Below, in pieces: positions 14,350-26,008 of a stretch of 64,000 bases of DNA. The position numbers and the translations under genes were made by a program. The notes beneath the pieces were generated by a model. That model searched no databases and was not told the origin of the DNA. It worked only from the letters and a program-made list of their open reading frames with translations. The stretch's first letter is position 1. Every line of letters begins with the position of its first letter. Origin of the DNA: Paraspadella gotoi (taxonomy: Eukaryota; Animalia; Chaetognatha). The stretch spans positions 21,173,020-21,237,019 of the forward strand of contig CM119268.1 of the NCBI GenBank assembly GCA_051294375.1, in the 5' to 3' direction.

Positions 14350-17095
14350 TAAAGTAGGGACCGACAAAAACGATGAATGAAGATTGAGAATGCCAAAAAA
14401 AAGGAAAAAGAGAGGACGCTACTTTAAAGAGAGAAATGCAAATCAGCTGTTAAAAAAACTTGCTAACGTTACTTTCCTTCTCTTGTCCACCTTCGTATCA
14501 TCTTCCCTTACTTTTTATCTAAACTTTTCTTCCATTTTTAGGAATTCGAAAATATCGATCGAATGCCAATTAAAAAGTCAAAACAGAAATCTCGTTGTGG
14601 CAAACAGGGAATGGATGAGAGCGGGGAGAGAGATTGGCCGAGAACAGTGCCGCAAGACAAAAACAAGCGGCAGAAAAGAAGAGAGAGAGAGAGAGAGGAG
14701 AGAGAGCAGGAGAGAGAGAGAGAGAGAGAGAGAGACGGCAGAGAGCGCAAGAGCCAGAGAGAGAGAAGCCGAGAGACAAAAGGAGAGCGTCAGAAGAGAT
14801 CACGAAAGAAAAGGTTCTAAAAGGCAAACAATCGCGGAAGCATAAAAAAAGACAATGAAAAAAATCCGCAGGTATCGCTGAACTGGCAGGAGGGTCTGAT
14901 AGGTAATAAGAGTATGCGAAGGAATCGTCAGGACGCACGGAAAAAGCAGCTGGTAAATGAAATTTCCGAAATAAGAGCGAGTGTGTGCGAGTGCCGAAAG
15001 ACAGACAGAGAAAGAGGACTACCAGAACAAGGAGAGAATGGATTTTTGAAATGAAATAGCGAAAGCAAGTCTCTCTATTTTTTTTTCTACTTGATTTTCA
15101 CTTCGTTTGTATTGAATGAGTTTTTCCAATTTGTTATCCCTCTTTCTTGTTAACATTTTTACATTTTTTAAGTGTTTTTTTAGTTATTTTTCTTAAAATC
15201 TGTTTCTCCCTTCCTGTTTTTCATTTTTATTTACCTTCTCTTTTTCTCTTTCTCCTCGTCTCTCTCTCCTCTCTCTCGCTCTGCTCTCTTCTCCTCCCGA
15301 GTTCTCTCCTCTCTCTCTTCTTCCTTCTTCTCTCTTTATTTCCTATTTTTTCTCCCTTTTCTCTTTTTCATATTTTCTCTCGTTCATCTCATCTCATTCG
15401 GAACGAACGAAATCGATTGAAAATGTCAATGACTACGATCAGGGCATAAATTATTTCAAAAGGGTCAGTGCGGAAAGTATCCTCTCGTCTTTATCTGTGT
15501 CATTAAAATCTTTTTTTGTTATTCATATTTTAAAAAAGACCATATTTTCATTAAATTCAGTGTTTTAATTTTATCATTTTAGAATTAATACAATTCTGGC
15601 ATCGTCAAAAATTGATGGGCCATCACTCAACTAGGTTTTTCGTTCCATTTGAAAGTAAAAGGGAACGCAGTATCATTCAAATAAACGTTCTTTTATGCGG
15701 TCAATAAGCAATGCTTTTTTATTTAGAAAATATACCCAATTTTTAAACATTTAAACTGTAAATGCTCTTCAATGTCATCCATGTCACTCCAAAACCCGAA
15801 GTCAATAAAAAGCCTGACACTAAAAATTAACCTATAACCCAACTTAAAACCTCTTGACGTTTCTAGCCACTAATAAAAAACCAACTGTTATTCTTATCTC
15901 CATTTGTTTTTTGTGCAGAAGCATCAAAAAAGCTTTTCCATTTTCCTTTTCTCTTCTCCTTCTCTCCCTTCTCTCTCTTCTCTCTTGCCTCTCTTCTCTC
16001 CTGCGTCTGGTATCTTTTCCCTCCTCTCGTCTCTCTCCTCTCCTGCTCTCTCTCCCGCCACGCTCGCCTCTCGCCCGGCCTCCTCCTCTCATCGGCCATC
16101 TTGTTCTCACCCTCTCGTCTACTCCTCTCCTTCTCTCTCTTTCGCCGGCACACCCTCATGTTTTGAGAACATGTCGGATCGTATTTTCGTTTTCCTCCGT
16201 CGTTTCGACCGATCGAGCGGAAGGGCGGGTCAACGTGGCCCAGGTTTTTAGTCGAAGATCATGGACGCCGTGCAGGCGTTCAGAATCTGTAAAACGTTAA
16301 ATATTTTCATTTTCGTATGACGAAATGATAATTGAAATTCGGTTTCTTTCATTTTTCTTTGAAATATTCCTTTAATTTCCTTTAAAAATGTATTTTGTTC
16401 AAATCTTTCCTTCGTTTAAATAAAATTTAAATGATAATCTTTAACTTTGTAATAATCTTTCCCGAATTAAGAAACCAAAACAATTTACATTGAAAATTCC
16501 CAATTTATTTTACTTTCTTCGTTTTAAAAATATTGAAGACCAAAAACAACCAGAACCTAAACTCAAGGCAACGAACGACAACGACGACAACGACGACAAC
16601 GACGCGGCAACGATGTCGAACGATAAAGAAAACACGTTTGGTCACGACCAAAAATAATCCCAACTTCTCGTTTTTGTTCTTTTATTGAGAAGTCAAATGA
16701 AAAAAGGAAAAACAAAGGAAAACGAAAAAAAACGGGAAAAGAAAAAAAATAGAAAAAGTGTATGTTGAAACCTTTAAGTTTATCGCTGAAGTTCTGCCAA
16801 CATCCTTTCTTTTGTGCAAATTCCTGACGAATCAATGGCGCAATTGCAATTCAGTGTTAGAAATTATCAACGAAAAGTCATTTATTAAATGCAAAAAATG
16901 TTTAGACTTGGCAAATAATATTAGCCTTATTTTCCCGCCCCAGAACGCCCCACTTTCATCTTAAAATAATTTATTTTTTTTACGTTAAAGATTGAGTTGG
17001 AAGTTAGGGTTAGGGATTGAGGTTAGTTGATTAAGGTTAGGATTAGGCTTGTGATTAAGGTTAGGATTTTAGGTTAGTGATTATAGGTTAGGGAG
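14350..17095 (+). repeat. Third, indel-rich direct copy of segment ~110-2600
   Basis: Collinear matches such as GACCGATCGAGCGGAAGGGCGGGTCAACGTGGCCCAGG at 16207 versus 1698, with frequent insertions. Confidence 0.95.
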
Positions 17096-17462
17096 AGGGA
17101 GAGGAACAGAGACAAAGAGAGCGAATATGTGAGCTTTACTACTACGAAACGTCATATATTTATTTAAACAAATAGTATAATTTCGGATTTTTTTGGTCAT
17201 TCTAAATAGCATAATAATTTTTATTTATACGGAGTAGTTTTCTTCAAAGAAAAAGTACTTAGTAGGCAGATGAGAATACTCAACGCGGAAACAAGATATT
17301 TAAAACATATTTATCAATTTATAAAAATGATTTTCATTGCATCAATCGTTTAATGAGAATCTTAAACGAAATCCTTTGTTCTTTTGTTTACTAATTCTCT
17401 TCGCGTTTTCAGCAATCAGACTCGATTTCGGTTTAAAAGAGAAAAGACCAAAAGGAATGATT

Positions 17463-17565
<103 letters not shown>

Positions 17566-17856
17566 GGGATGAGGCCACAACTGTGGCAGAGAAACTTAAC
17601 TGTTTCGTCCTTAACGAATCTTATAGTCGCAAACTAGAAGTGGTCATCGAATACCGAACGGACCGAATGTAGTATATTTGTATATTATGTAAATTAGTAT
17701 AAAATTTAAATGATTTTCATTTTTGAATAAAATGATATCCACAATACATAATTTATAATTACTTCATAGTCCATAAATAAATGAATAAAGTGAATAAATT
17801 ATATTACACAATGGACATTCTCCATTTCCGAGCCGCTGGCGACGAAGAGCAGTCAC

Positions 17857-17915
<59 letters not shown>

Positions 17916-18301
17916 CGAGTGAAATCTGTGAGCGTCTGTCTGCCTGTGATTGGGTCCTTCCTCCTGGCACCTTTTTTTCATTAGCGCCTTCACGACCTCA
18001 CCATCCCTGAGGGCCTTCACCGCATTCACTGCCTCCATTCTAACCCTTTTTCCCGGCCACTCTCACTCAGTGCCCTCACTTTTCCATTTGTCCTCACCTC
18101 ACCTTTGAAATGAGTTTAATCCTCATCGATCGTTTTTGACCGTGTCTGTCTGTCGGTCTGTCTGTCTCTCTGTCCGTCGGTCTGTCTGTCTCTCTGTCCG
18201 TCGTCCTGTTGTCTGTCTCTCTTGTCCTGTCTCCGTCGTCTGTCTGTAGTCGGCAATTGCCTAGGTTCACCCCGCCTGTAGGCATGACACCTTCAGTCCT
18301 G

Positions 18302-18372
18302 ACCCGGTGGCTCATTGAGTAAAGCCATCAGCTCATGACCACTAGGTACCGGGTTCAAATCCCAACCCGGTA
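18302..18372 (+). promoter_or_regulatory. tRNA-derived internal Pol III promoter (A box, B box), tRNA-Met-like loop
   Basis: A box-like TGGCTCATTGAG and B box GGTTCAAATCCC with tRNA-like spacing, plus a CTCATGA anticodon-like loop. The cloverleaf is imperfect, so this is not a functional tRNA. Confidence 0.75.
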
Positions 18373-18377
18373 CTTAC

Positions 18378-18463
18378 CCTGTGGGAAGCGTGAGGACGGC
18401 CGTAAGCCGCCTTGGGGGCGTGGCAACCCTCAAAGCTGGTTCCAAGCCAGGACCGTTCCATGG
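18378..18463 (+). ncRNA. P5-type twister ribozyme (noisy copy), predicted cleavage 18403/18404
   Basis: Element order is GAGG, 7 nt, TAA, GCC, GCC, P3 hairpin, CTGG TTCCAAGC CAG, P5. It has indels relative to the cleaner inverted copy. Confidence 0.65.
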
Positions 18464-18528
18464 CTACTAAGGGGGTTATAGAAGTTGACGGATAGTCATC
18501 TTCAGCCCACTTAGCGCCTAATCCACAC

Positions 18529-18539
18529 TGGTGAGCCCG
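18529..18539 (+). promoter_or_regulatory. Putative primer binding site (tRNA-Trp-like)
   Basis: TGGTGAGCCCG lies 1 nt after the LTR-terminal CA. It matches the usual tRNA-Trp PBS start TGGTGACCCCG at 10/11 positions (reference sequence recalled, not searched). Confidence 0.55.
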
Positions 18540-18816
18540 TGGATAAGGCGCTAAGTGGGTGGAAGATATATCCGTAACTTCTATAACCCCCTTTAGTAGC
18601 CATGGAAGCGGTCCTGGGCTTGGAACCAGGCTTGAGGGGTTGCCACGCCCCCAAGGCGGCTTACGGCCGTCCTCACGCTTCCACAGGGTAAGTACCGGGT
18701 TGGGATTGAACCCGGTACCTAGTGGTCATGAGCTGATGGCTTTACTCAATGAGCACCGGTCAGGACTGAAGGTGTCATGCTACAGGCGGGTGAACCTAGG
18801 CAATGCCGCGACTACA
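18539..18816 (-). mobile_element. Inverted copy of family A LTR (fold-back)
   Basis: Reverse complement of 18245-18526, ending at ACTACA 18811-18816. Confidence 0.85.
18600..18687 (-). ncRNA. P5-type twister ribozyme, predicted cleavage 18663/18662
   Basis: Minus strand reads CCTGTGGAA GCGT GAGG ACGGCCG TAA GCC GCC TTGGGGG cgtggcaac CCCTCAA G CCTGG TTCCAAGC CCAGG accgc TTCCATGG. P5, the catalytic GA, UAA, T2 (GCC), P3, P4 and the loop-4 motif are all present. Confidence 0.8.
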
Positions 18817-19622
18817 TGTCTTCTACGTCGTCTTATTTCCGTCGTCTGTCGTCGCGTCGGTCTGTCTCGGTCCGTCGGTCTGTTCCGTCGGTCTGTCTGT
18901 CTCGTCCGGTCCTGTCCTGTTTCATAATCTGTCCGGGTGTTCTGTCTGTCCTGTCCTGTCCTGTCGGTCTGTCTGTCTCTCTGTCTCGTGCGGTCTGTCT
19001 TGTGTCTGTTTTCTCTCTGTTCGCGTCTGTCTGTGTGTCTGTCCGTCTGTCGCTGCTCTGTTCTCTGTCTGTCCGTCGTCTGTCTTCGTCCGTCTGTCCT
19101 GTCGGTCTGTCTGTCTGTCCGTCGGTCTGTCCGTTCTGTCTGTCCGTCGGTCTGTCTGTCTCTCTGTCCTCGGTCTGTCTGTGTGTCCTGTCCGTCTGTG
19201 CCTCTGTCCGTCGTCTGTCTGTGTGTCTGTCCGCTGTCTGTCTGTCTGGTCTGTCTGTCCGTCAGTCTGTCCTGTCCGTTGGTCTTGTCCCGTCGGTCTG
19301 TCTGTCCGTCGTCGTGTTGTCTCTGTCTCGGTCTGTCTGTCTGTCCGTCGTCTGTCTGTCTCCTCTGTCCGTCGGTCTGTCTCTGTCTGTCGGTCTTGTC
19401 TGTCTCCCTGTCCGTCGGTCCTGTCTGTCTGTCTGTCCGTCGGTCTGTCTGTCTCTCTGTCCGTCGGTCTGTCTGTCTGTCTGTCCTGTCGTCTGTCTGT
19501 CTCTCTGTTCGTCGTCGTCTGTCTGTCTGTCTGTCCGTCGGTCTGTCTCTCTGTCTGTGCCGTCGATCTGTCTGTCCTGTCCCTGTCCGTGCGTCTGGTG
19601 CTGTCCTCTCTGTCCGTCGGCT
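18817..19622. repeat. Degenerate (CTGT/CCGT)n tetranucleotide array, also at 18140-18244
   Basis: Directly visible, and it explains the 230-290 aa ORFs in all frames. Confidence 0.95.
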
Positions 19623-19744
19623 CATTTGTTAAGACAGAAAAATGTAAGGAACTGCTAGCGCCGCCTTTAATTTTAAAATTATAAGGAATAAAAGACGGTT
19701 TTGATGCAGTGCATGTCATAAATACACGGGCAAAGAAAGTTTTT

Positions 19745-19825
19745 TAGACATGTCATGTCATGTCATATCATGAAAATAAAGTCACTGCGGCGCAACACAT
19801 TGGAATTACCCATCTTGTTTATTAA
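19745..19825 (+). repeat. Short dispersed repeat shared with 23066-23150
   Basis: Both copies have (CATGT)n...GTCACTGCGGCGCAACACATT..ATTACC..TCTTGTTTATTA. Confidence 0.75.
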
Positions 19826-20121
19826 CAGCAACACTTTGGCTCACAGACATTCCCCCTTGACTAGACGCGTTCGTTTTTCTAATTGTATTCATTCTCTTCT
19901 ATACATTTACTTTTTTTATTCTCCATATTTTCGTTTTTTATTTATACTATTAGTTTTCCTTAGCTAGAACATCTGATTGTGATGTGTAAAAATTAATAAA
20001 TTCGGCTGTGAGAGACTCTCGAGTGAAAACTTACAAGGACCAGTTACGTTTTTATTATATATTATTATTATTTATAACCATTATAAAAAATTATCCTTTT
20101 TTTCACTGACCAACATTCTAG

Positions 20122-20324
20122 CAGACGATCTGCAATTCGATCCTCCTCTTTCTCCCCCTCTAATCCACAGTTCAATGATCCTCCCCCTCGCAAGCAGCAG
20201 GGATGTAAACCACAAGCCCCACTCACCTCCGTCCCGAGGCTGCGGCCGCCCCCGGGCTCATTTTGCCCCCTGGAGGCCAGACATTCCGCTCGAAGCCTCT
20301 CTCCTCTCCAAGGAGCCGAAAAAG
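20122..20324 (+). CDS. Probable internal coding exon, unknown product (DDLQFDPPLSPP...HFAPWRPDIPLEASLLSKEPKK)
   Basis: GC-rich open frame bounded by a pyrimidine tract with CTAG/CAG acceptor and a consensus AAG|GTGAGT donor at 20325. Confidence 0.45.
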
Positions 20325-21619
20325 GTGAGTTCTTTGCCCGCGAAAATCCGAATCTCACCTTCGAAGTCGTTTTGGCCGAAGATAGGAAAGTATCTTTCGT
20401 CGTCGCGAAACGAAATTCTTCCTCTTCGATCCTTACCTCTCCTTACCTCATCCTTACCTCACCTTTCTNNNNNNNNNNNNNNNNNNNNNNNNNNNNNNNN
20501 NNNNNNNNNNNNNNNNNNNNNNNNNNNNNNNNNNNNNNNNNNNNNNNNNNNNNNNNNNNNNNNNNNNNNNNNNNNNNNNNNNNNNNNNNNNNNNNNNNNN
20601 NNNNNNNNNNNNNNNNNNNNNNNNNNNNNNNNNNNNNNNNNNNNNNNNNNNNNNNNNNNNNNNNNNNNNNNNNNNNNNNNNNNNNNNNNNNNNNNNNNNN
20701 NNNNNNNNNNNNNNNNNNNNNNNNNNNNNNNNNNNNNNNNNNNNNNNNNNNTCGCATTTTTTCCCCTTAAGGATCTTCCGCGTCGCATATGACAGACTGG
20801 GGTATGGTATTCCCACCTGCTCTCTCTCTCTCTTTTTCTTTCTCTCTCTCNNNNNNNNNNNNNNNNNNNNNNNNNNNNNNNNNNNNNNNNNNNNNNNNNN
20901 NNNNNNNNNNNNNNNNNNNNNNNNNNNNNNNNNNNNNNNNNNNNNNNNNNNNNNNNNNNNNNNNNNNNNNNNNNNNNNNNNNNNNNNNNNNNNNNNNNNN
21001 NNNNNNNNNNNNNNNNNNNNNNNNNNNNNNNNNNNNNNNNNNNNNNNNNNNNNNNNNNNNNNNNNNNNNNNNNNNNNNTCGCTCCCTCTCTCTTTCTCCG
21101 CAACTGGATTTAACGGTTTCCCCATCAGCAACGGACCTACGAAAACCGCGCGCGTCTGAAATACTGAGGACCTTTTATTTTTCCACAACTCAAAAAAAAA
21201 TGTTAGAAGGAAAAAGCAACGAGTCGTCAAATTTTCGACCTTAAACGATTATCACCCCTTTAAGCCCAACCCAAACCCCAATCCAAGGCCCAGATTTGGG
21301 TATATGGGTGTAGTTATAATGTTACTAACTTACTAGTCTTTATTCAGCTAGGACTTGCAATACTAAATTATTGTTTTAAAATGAATTATTTTTTATTGTT
21401 AGACTATTATTCAAGCCTTTCTTATTTTTTTAACGCATGAAAACAGACAAAACAGAAAAAAATTATTACTGATATGTTTTGCCCAAACAATTTTTGGCCC
21501 AACCTTAGAGTCAATGCTGGCTCGGCTTTTAGAATTCGGTCCACCCTACCTCGTGCCTTAGTGTTCCGCCTCTACACATCCCTGCGTGTACCCATCTACA
21601 CACCCCTGCGTTCACCCCC

Positions 21620-21798
21620 TTCCACATCCCTTTTCCAAAACTTCTTCGCTTTCCTCCACTTTTTCCTTCTTTCTTACTTCCTTCCTATTTTCTATTTTTT
21701 GCACATCCATTTCCACATCCCTTTTTCCACATCCCTTTTCCAAAACTTCTTCGCTTTCCTCCACTTTTTCCTTCTTTCTTACTTCCTTTCTATTTTCC
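21620..21798. repeat. Tandem duplication, 105-bp period
   Basis: TCCACATCCCTTTTCCAAAACTTCTTCGCTTTCCTCCAC... occurs at 21621 and 21726. Confidence 0.9.
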
Positions 21799-23579
21799 AT
21801 TTTTTACTCTTTTTATGCTTTTTTTCGCTTTTTTTTCGACGACTTTTTGCTTTAATTTAATACTTTCTTCCATTTTTTTGCGGGGCTCTTTATATATTTT
21901 TATCTATTTTTCTCCTTTGACTTTTTCACGCTGAGATACTTGGTTCTTTAATCCCTTTTTTTCCTTTTTATTTTATAATTTTGTTATATTTGATTTTTTT
22001 TAAATACTTTCATCTCATCTTTCCTCTTTCAGTTTTCTCATTTTCTTTTTTTTTCTCTTTCCTTTTTTTTCCATTGTTCATTCTTATTTAACTAGTCAGC
22101 GTTTATTTAATTAATTTCTTTGATTTTCTCTTTTTTTCCAATATCTCTCATCTTATTTCTCTCTCCTTTTTTTCTTTTTTGTCTTTTATTACCTCTTGAG
22201 CATTACTCCCATTTTCCACAAAATTTCTCCCATTTTCCCTCCTTTATTTTTTTCTCCTCTCTATTTTCCTATCTTTTCCCCTTCACTCTCCTGCGCCTTG
22301 CAAACGACCAGAACTTTGTTGGCACGCCAATAAGAAGCCGCACTGAGCTCTTCGTTTTCCGCCAAACTCCGCTCTCTGCTTCGGTCTCTCATTCTCTCTC
22401 TCTCTCTGCTCTCTTTTGGGTCATCAAGGCTACGATCAACGATTCATTAGGCTTCTCTCTCCACGCTTTCTCAAATTTTTTAAAGAGAAGTGAAAAAGAG
22501 AAGAGAAAAAAAAGAAAAAAAGAAAAGAAAAAAAGAGAAGAGAAAAAAGGGAATGAATAAGAAAAGAAAAAAGAAAAGTAAATAAAAAGAAAAGAAAAAA
22601 AAAGTAAATAAAAAGAAGAGAAAAAAAGAAATAACAAAAAAAAATAAAAAAGAGGGAAGAAAAAGAGACAAGAAAAAGAGAGAAGAAAGAGAGATGAGAA
22701 AAAGAGAAGAGAAAAAAGAGAATTGAAAAAGAGAAGAGAAAAAAAAGAGAAAAAGAGAGAAAAAAAGGAGAAGTAAAAAAAAGAAGAGAAAAAAAATCAT
22801 ACAATATAACCTTAATCCCCCCAAAAATTATCCATTCCCCACTTTTTTTCGGCCTTGTAGATATTATGAGTTTCTCATTAATATGTTATGTCATGTCAAG
22901 ATAGAGGGGCGTTTACCGCCACAGCTCTTTCCCATCTCCCTCTTATATTGTACATAACCGTCTTTACTAAACTTTAGACTTATTAGACTCCATATCTTTA
23001 CTTACCTCTTTTACCTGATGAGAGACTAGTTAGTACCTACCTTTAGCTAGATACCCATCTTCCCAGCATGTCATGTCATGTCACGAGAAATACACGTGAT
23101 AAGGCGGTCACTGCGGCGCAACACATTTGCATTACCGTTCTTGTTTATTACTTTTCTTGAAATTCTTGATAGAAAACTTTCAAAGTTTTTATTTTGTAAT
23201 ATAGTGATGAAGGCCTTAAACCGCCCGAGCCTGTCCAAATTTTTTTATTAAATATCTAATTCATTTAGTGGCATAAATACCGAATCTAGAAATCTTTTCC
23301 ACCAAATTCAAACCTCAGGTGGTCATGAAATAAAATTAATTGCTGCTGTTGTTGTTGTTGTTGTTGCTGTTGTTGTTGTTGTTGTTGTTGTTTGTGTGAA
23401 ATGATCTCCTCGCCTGGAAGACTCGACGCAATAACAAAGATTGATCAGGCATTCAGGATGCACCTAGCCAGTCTTCGCCTGACTGATGAATCATCAAAAC
23501 AGAAACATGGACTCTTTTTTTTTAAAGTCGTTTCTCTTCATCAACTTTCACCGCAACGCGACTCTGCAGTTCATAGTCT

Positions 23580-23613
<34 letters not shown>

Positions 23614-23958
23614 TGTCTCTTGATAATGACTTTTTCAAAAAAATGTTGGTGACACAAAAGGGAGGAAGAGAACGACGACGACGACAGCGACGAAAATGAG
23701 GTTCGAGAACGAAGCACTATGATTACGTGAATGACAACGACGACGACGACGACGATGACGACGACAAAAAAAACGAGGGAACAAAGAATGAAAAGCAAAA
23801 ACTAATAAGAGAACAAACAAACGCGGAATCATCAAAGGCACAATGACGAAGGCAACCAATTTTGCAGAAGGCGACTTCGATGTCGACTTTATATTGCGTT
23901 GCTCTTGGAATTTAGTGAATTGAAATTGAATTGGAATTGAGTGAATGGCATCACGGTA

Positions 23959-24409
23959 TTGCAACGCGGTATTGCCAACCGGGCACTGCATCGCGGCATT
24001 GCAATACGGTTTTGCAAACCGGGCATTGCATTGCGGCATTGCAATACGGTTTTTCAAACCGGGCACTGCATCGCGGCATTGCAATACGGTTTTGCAAACC
24101 GGGCATTGCATCGCGGCATTGCAATACGGTTTTGCAAACCGGGCATTGCATCGCGGCATTGCAATACGGTTTTGCAAACCGGGCACTGCATCGCGGCTTT
24201 GCAATACAGTTTTGCAAACCGGGCACTGCATCGCGGCATTGCAATACAGTTTTGCAAACCGGGCATTGCATCGCGGCATTGCAATACGGTTTTTCAAACC
24301 GGGCACTGCATCGCGGCATTGCAATATGGTTTTGCAAACCGGGCACTGCATCGCGGCATTGCAATACGGTTTTGCAAACCGGGCACTGCATCACGACATT
24401 GCAATACGG
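23959..24409. repeat. 40-bp GC-rich minisatellite (GCAATACGGTTTTGCAAACCGGGCACTGCATCGCGGCATT)n, ~11 copies
   Basis: Exact 40-bp period from 24001 to 24361 with few substitutions and no spacers. Confidence 0.97.
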
Positions 24410-24677
24410 AACAAAACTTCATCGACGGAATAAAAATCATTCGACGATCAGTTTTTCTGCGACGCAGAAGACGACGACAATTACGACGATGACAAGACGA
24501 TGACGACGACGATAATGAAGACGACGACAATGACGACAATTACGACGATGACAAGACGACGACGACGACGATAATGAAGACGACAGCGATGCACAATGAC
24601 GGTTTCCATGACATTTTGACAATGATAAATAATGATGATAATTAAATCATTAAAAAAAAATATCGATGATAGTTATA

Positions 24678-24852
24678 TCATTAAATGATAAATAAAGATG
24701 ATATTTAAATCATTAAATGATAAATAAAGATGATATTTAAATCAATAAATGATAAATAACGATGATATTTAAATGATTAAATGATAAATAAAAATGATAT
24801 TCAAATCATTAAATGATAAATAAAGATGATATTTAAATCATTAAATGATAAA
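24678..24852. repeat. 32-bp AT-rich minisatellite, ~5.5 copies
   Basis: Unit TTAAATGATAAATAAAGATGATATTTAAATCA. Confidence 0.9.
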
Positions 24853-25129
24853 TTGAAATAAAAGTAGTATTATTACTCTGAAGGCCACACAACGCATAGG
24901 AAAAAATTGATATAGAAACGACGTTAATGACGACAACAACAACAACAACGACAACAACAACGACAACCTGGACGACGTCCCCAACGAATTTACGAGCGAC
25001 GACAACAACGACGACAACAACGACGACAGCAACGACGACGACAACAACGACGACGACGCTGCTTTTGAAATTCTGAAGGTGAATCTTATGAATGAATATT
25101 GGCAGAGGAATGAGGAATGGGAACGAAAC

Positions 25130-25185
<56 letters not shown>

Positions 25186-25877
25186 CTGCGTGTTATACAA
25201 GGACAGAATGTGGAAGAGAAAAGTCTCTCGACGACCGGGGATGACGAAGAGAGAAATGATAGGATAAAGTATACCATTGTAGATTCTAAATATCCTATTT
25301 TTTCCCTTTCCTTTTCTCTTTATTCTGTTTTGTATTCCATTATTTTGTTCCACCGCTCGATGATAGGATGATATCTATCGTATATTGCGTTCTTTGGTGT
25401 GTTTTTGTTCGCTTATTTCCATGATTAATCATGCGAAAGGAGAAATAACACAACATTCGTGATTTTTTGTCAAAGCGCAAGTGTATTCACAAACTTGAGG
25501 ATGATGATGTATAGTTTGATGATGTATCGATTGGATATAGATAGATGAATATTATGTAGAAGATTTGATGATGATGGTGATGATGATGAAATTTGGTGTG
25601 TAGGTAATATAATTGTAATTTAAGTCAGAATTGGAATTTATAACAAGTTAATCTCCGCTATAAACATATCTAAAGTGAATGTATTAATCTGCAAATTTCT
25701 TAATAAGATTTTTATTAATTAGTTAGTCAATATCGACAAGAAAGAGAAGATATAAAAATAAAAAAACAAATCATGATTACATATTTAAAAATGACGTTCT
25801 CTTATTTTGAGTAAATTAAGGCCTAACAGAACATTTAATCTATTATTTTCCAAATAAGGTAATGAAACTTCTCTTTC

Positions 25878-26008
<131 letters not shown>

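Larger units (their letters stand above)
18245..18527 (+). mobile_element. Family A LTR (~283 bp, TG..CA) carrying a tRNA-like head and a twister ribozyme
   Basis: GC-rich island that starts TGTAGT (same boundary in the inverted copy) and ends ATCCACA. After 1 nt it is followed by TGGTGAGCCCG, a PBS-like sequence. Confidence 0.7.

Noticed and set aside
17940-18040. Ankyrin- or RT-like peptide GEVVKALMKK on the minus strand
   Set aside because: Too short, needs a frameshift and is ambiguous between families.
18777-19719. Overlapping 230-290 aa ORFs on both strands
   Set aside because: By-products of the (CTGT)n microsatellite.
23483-23510. Hammerhead-like CTGATGA...GAAAC
   Set aside because: No stem II pairing and no matching stems I or III.
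23959-24409. CRISPR array or CxxC zinc-finger ORF (MQCPVCKT repeats)
   Set aside because: The units are contiguous with no unique spacers and no cas genes. The 40-bp unit is not a multiple of 3 and is open in most frames.
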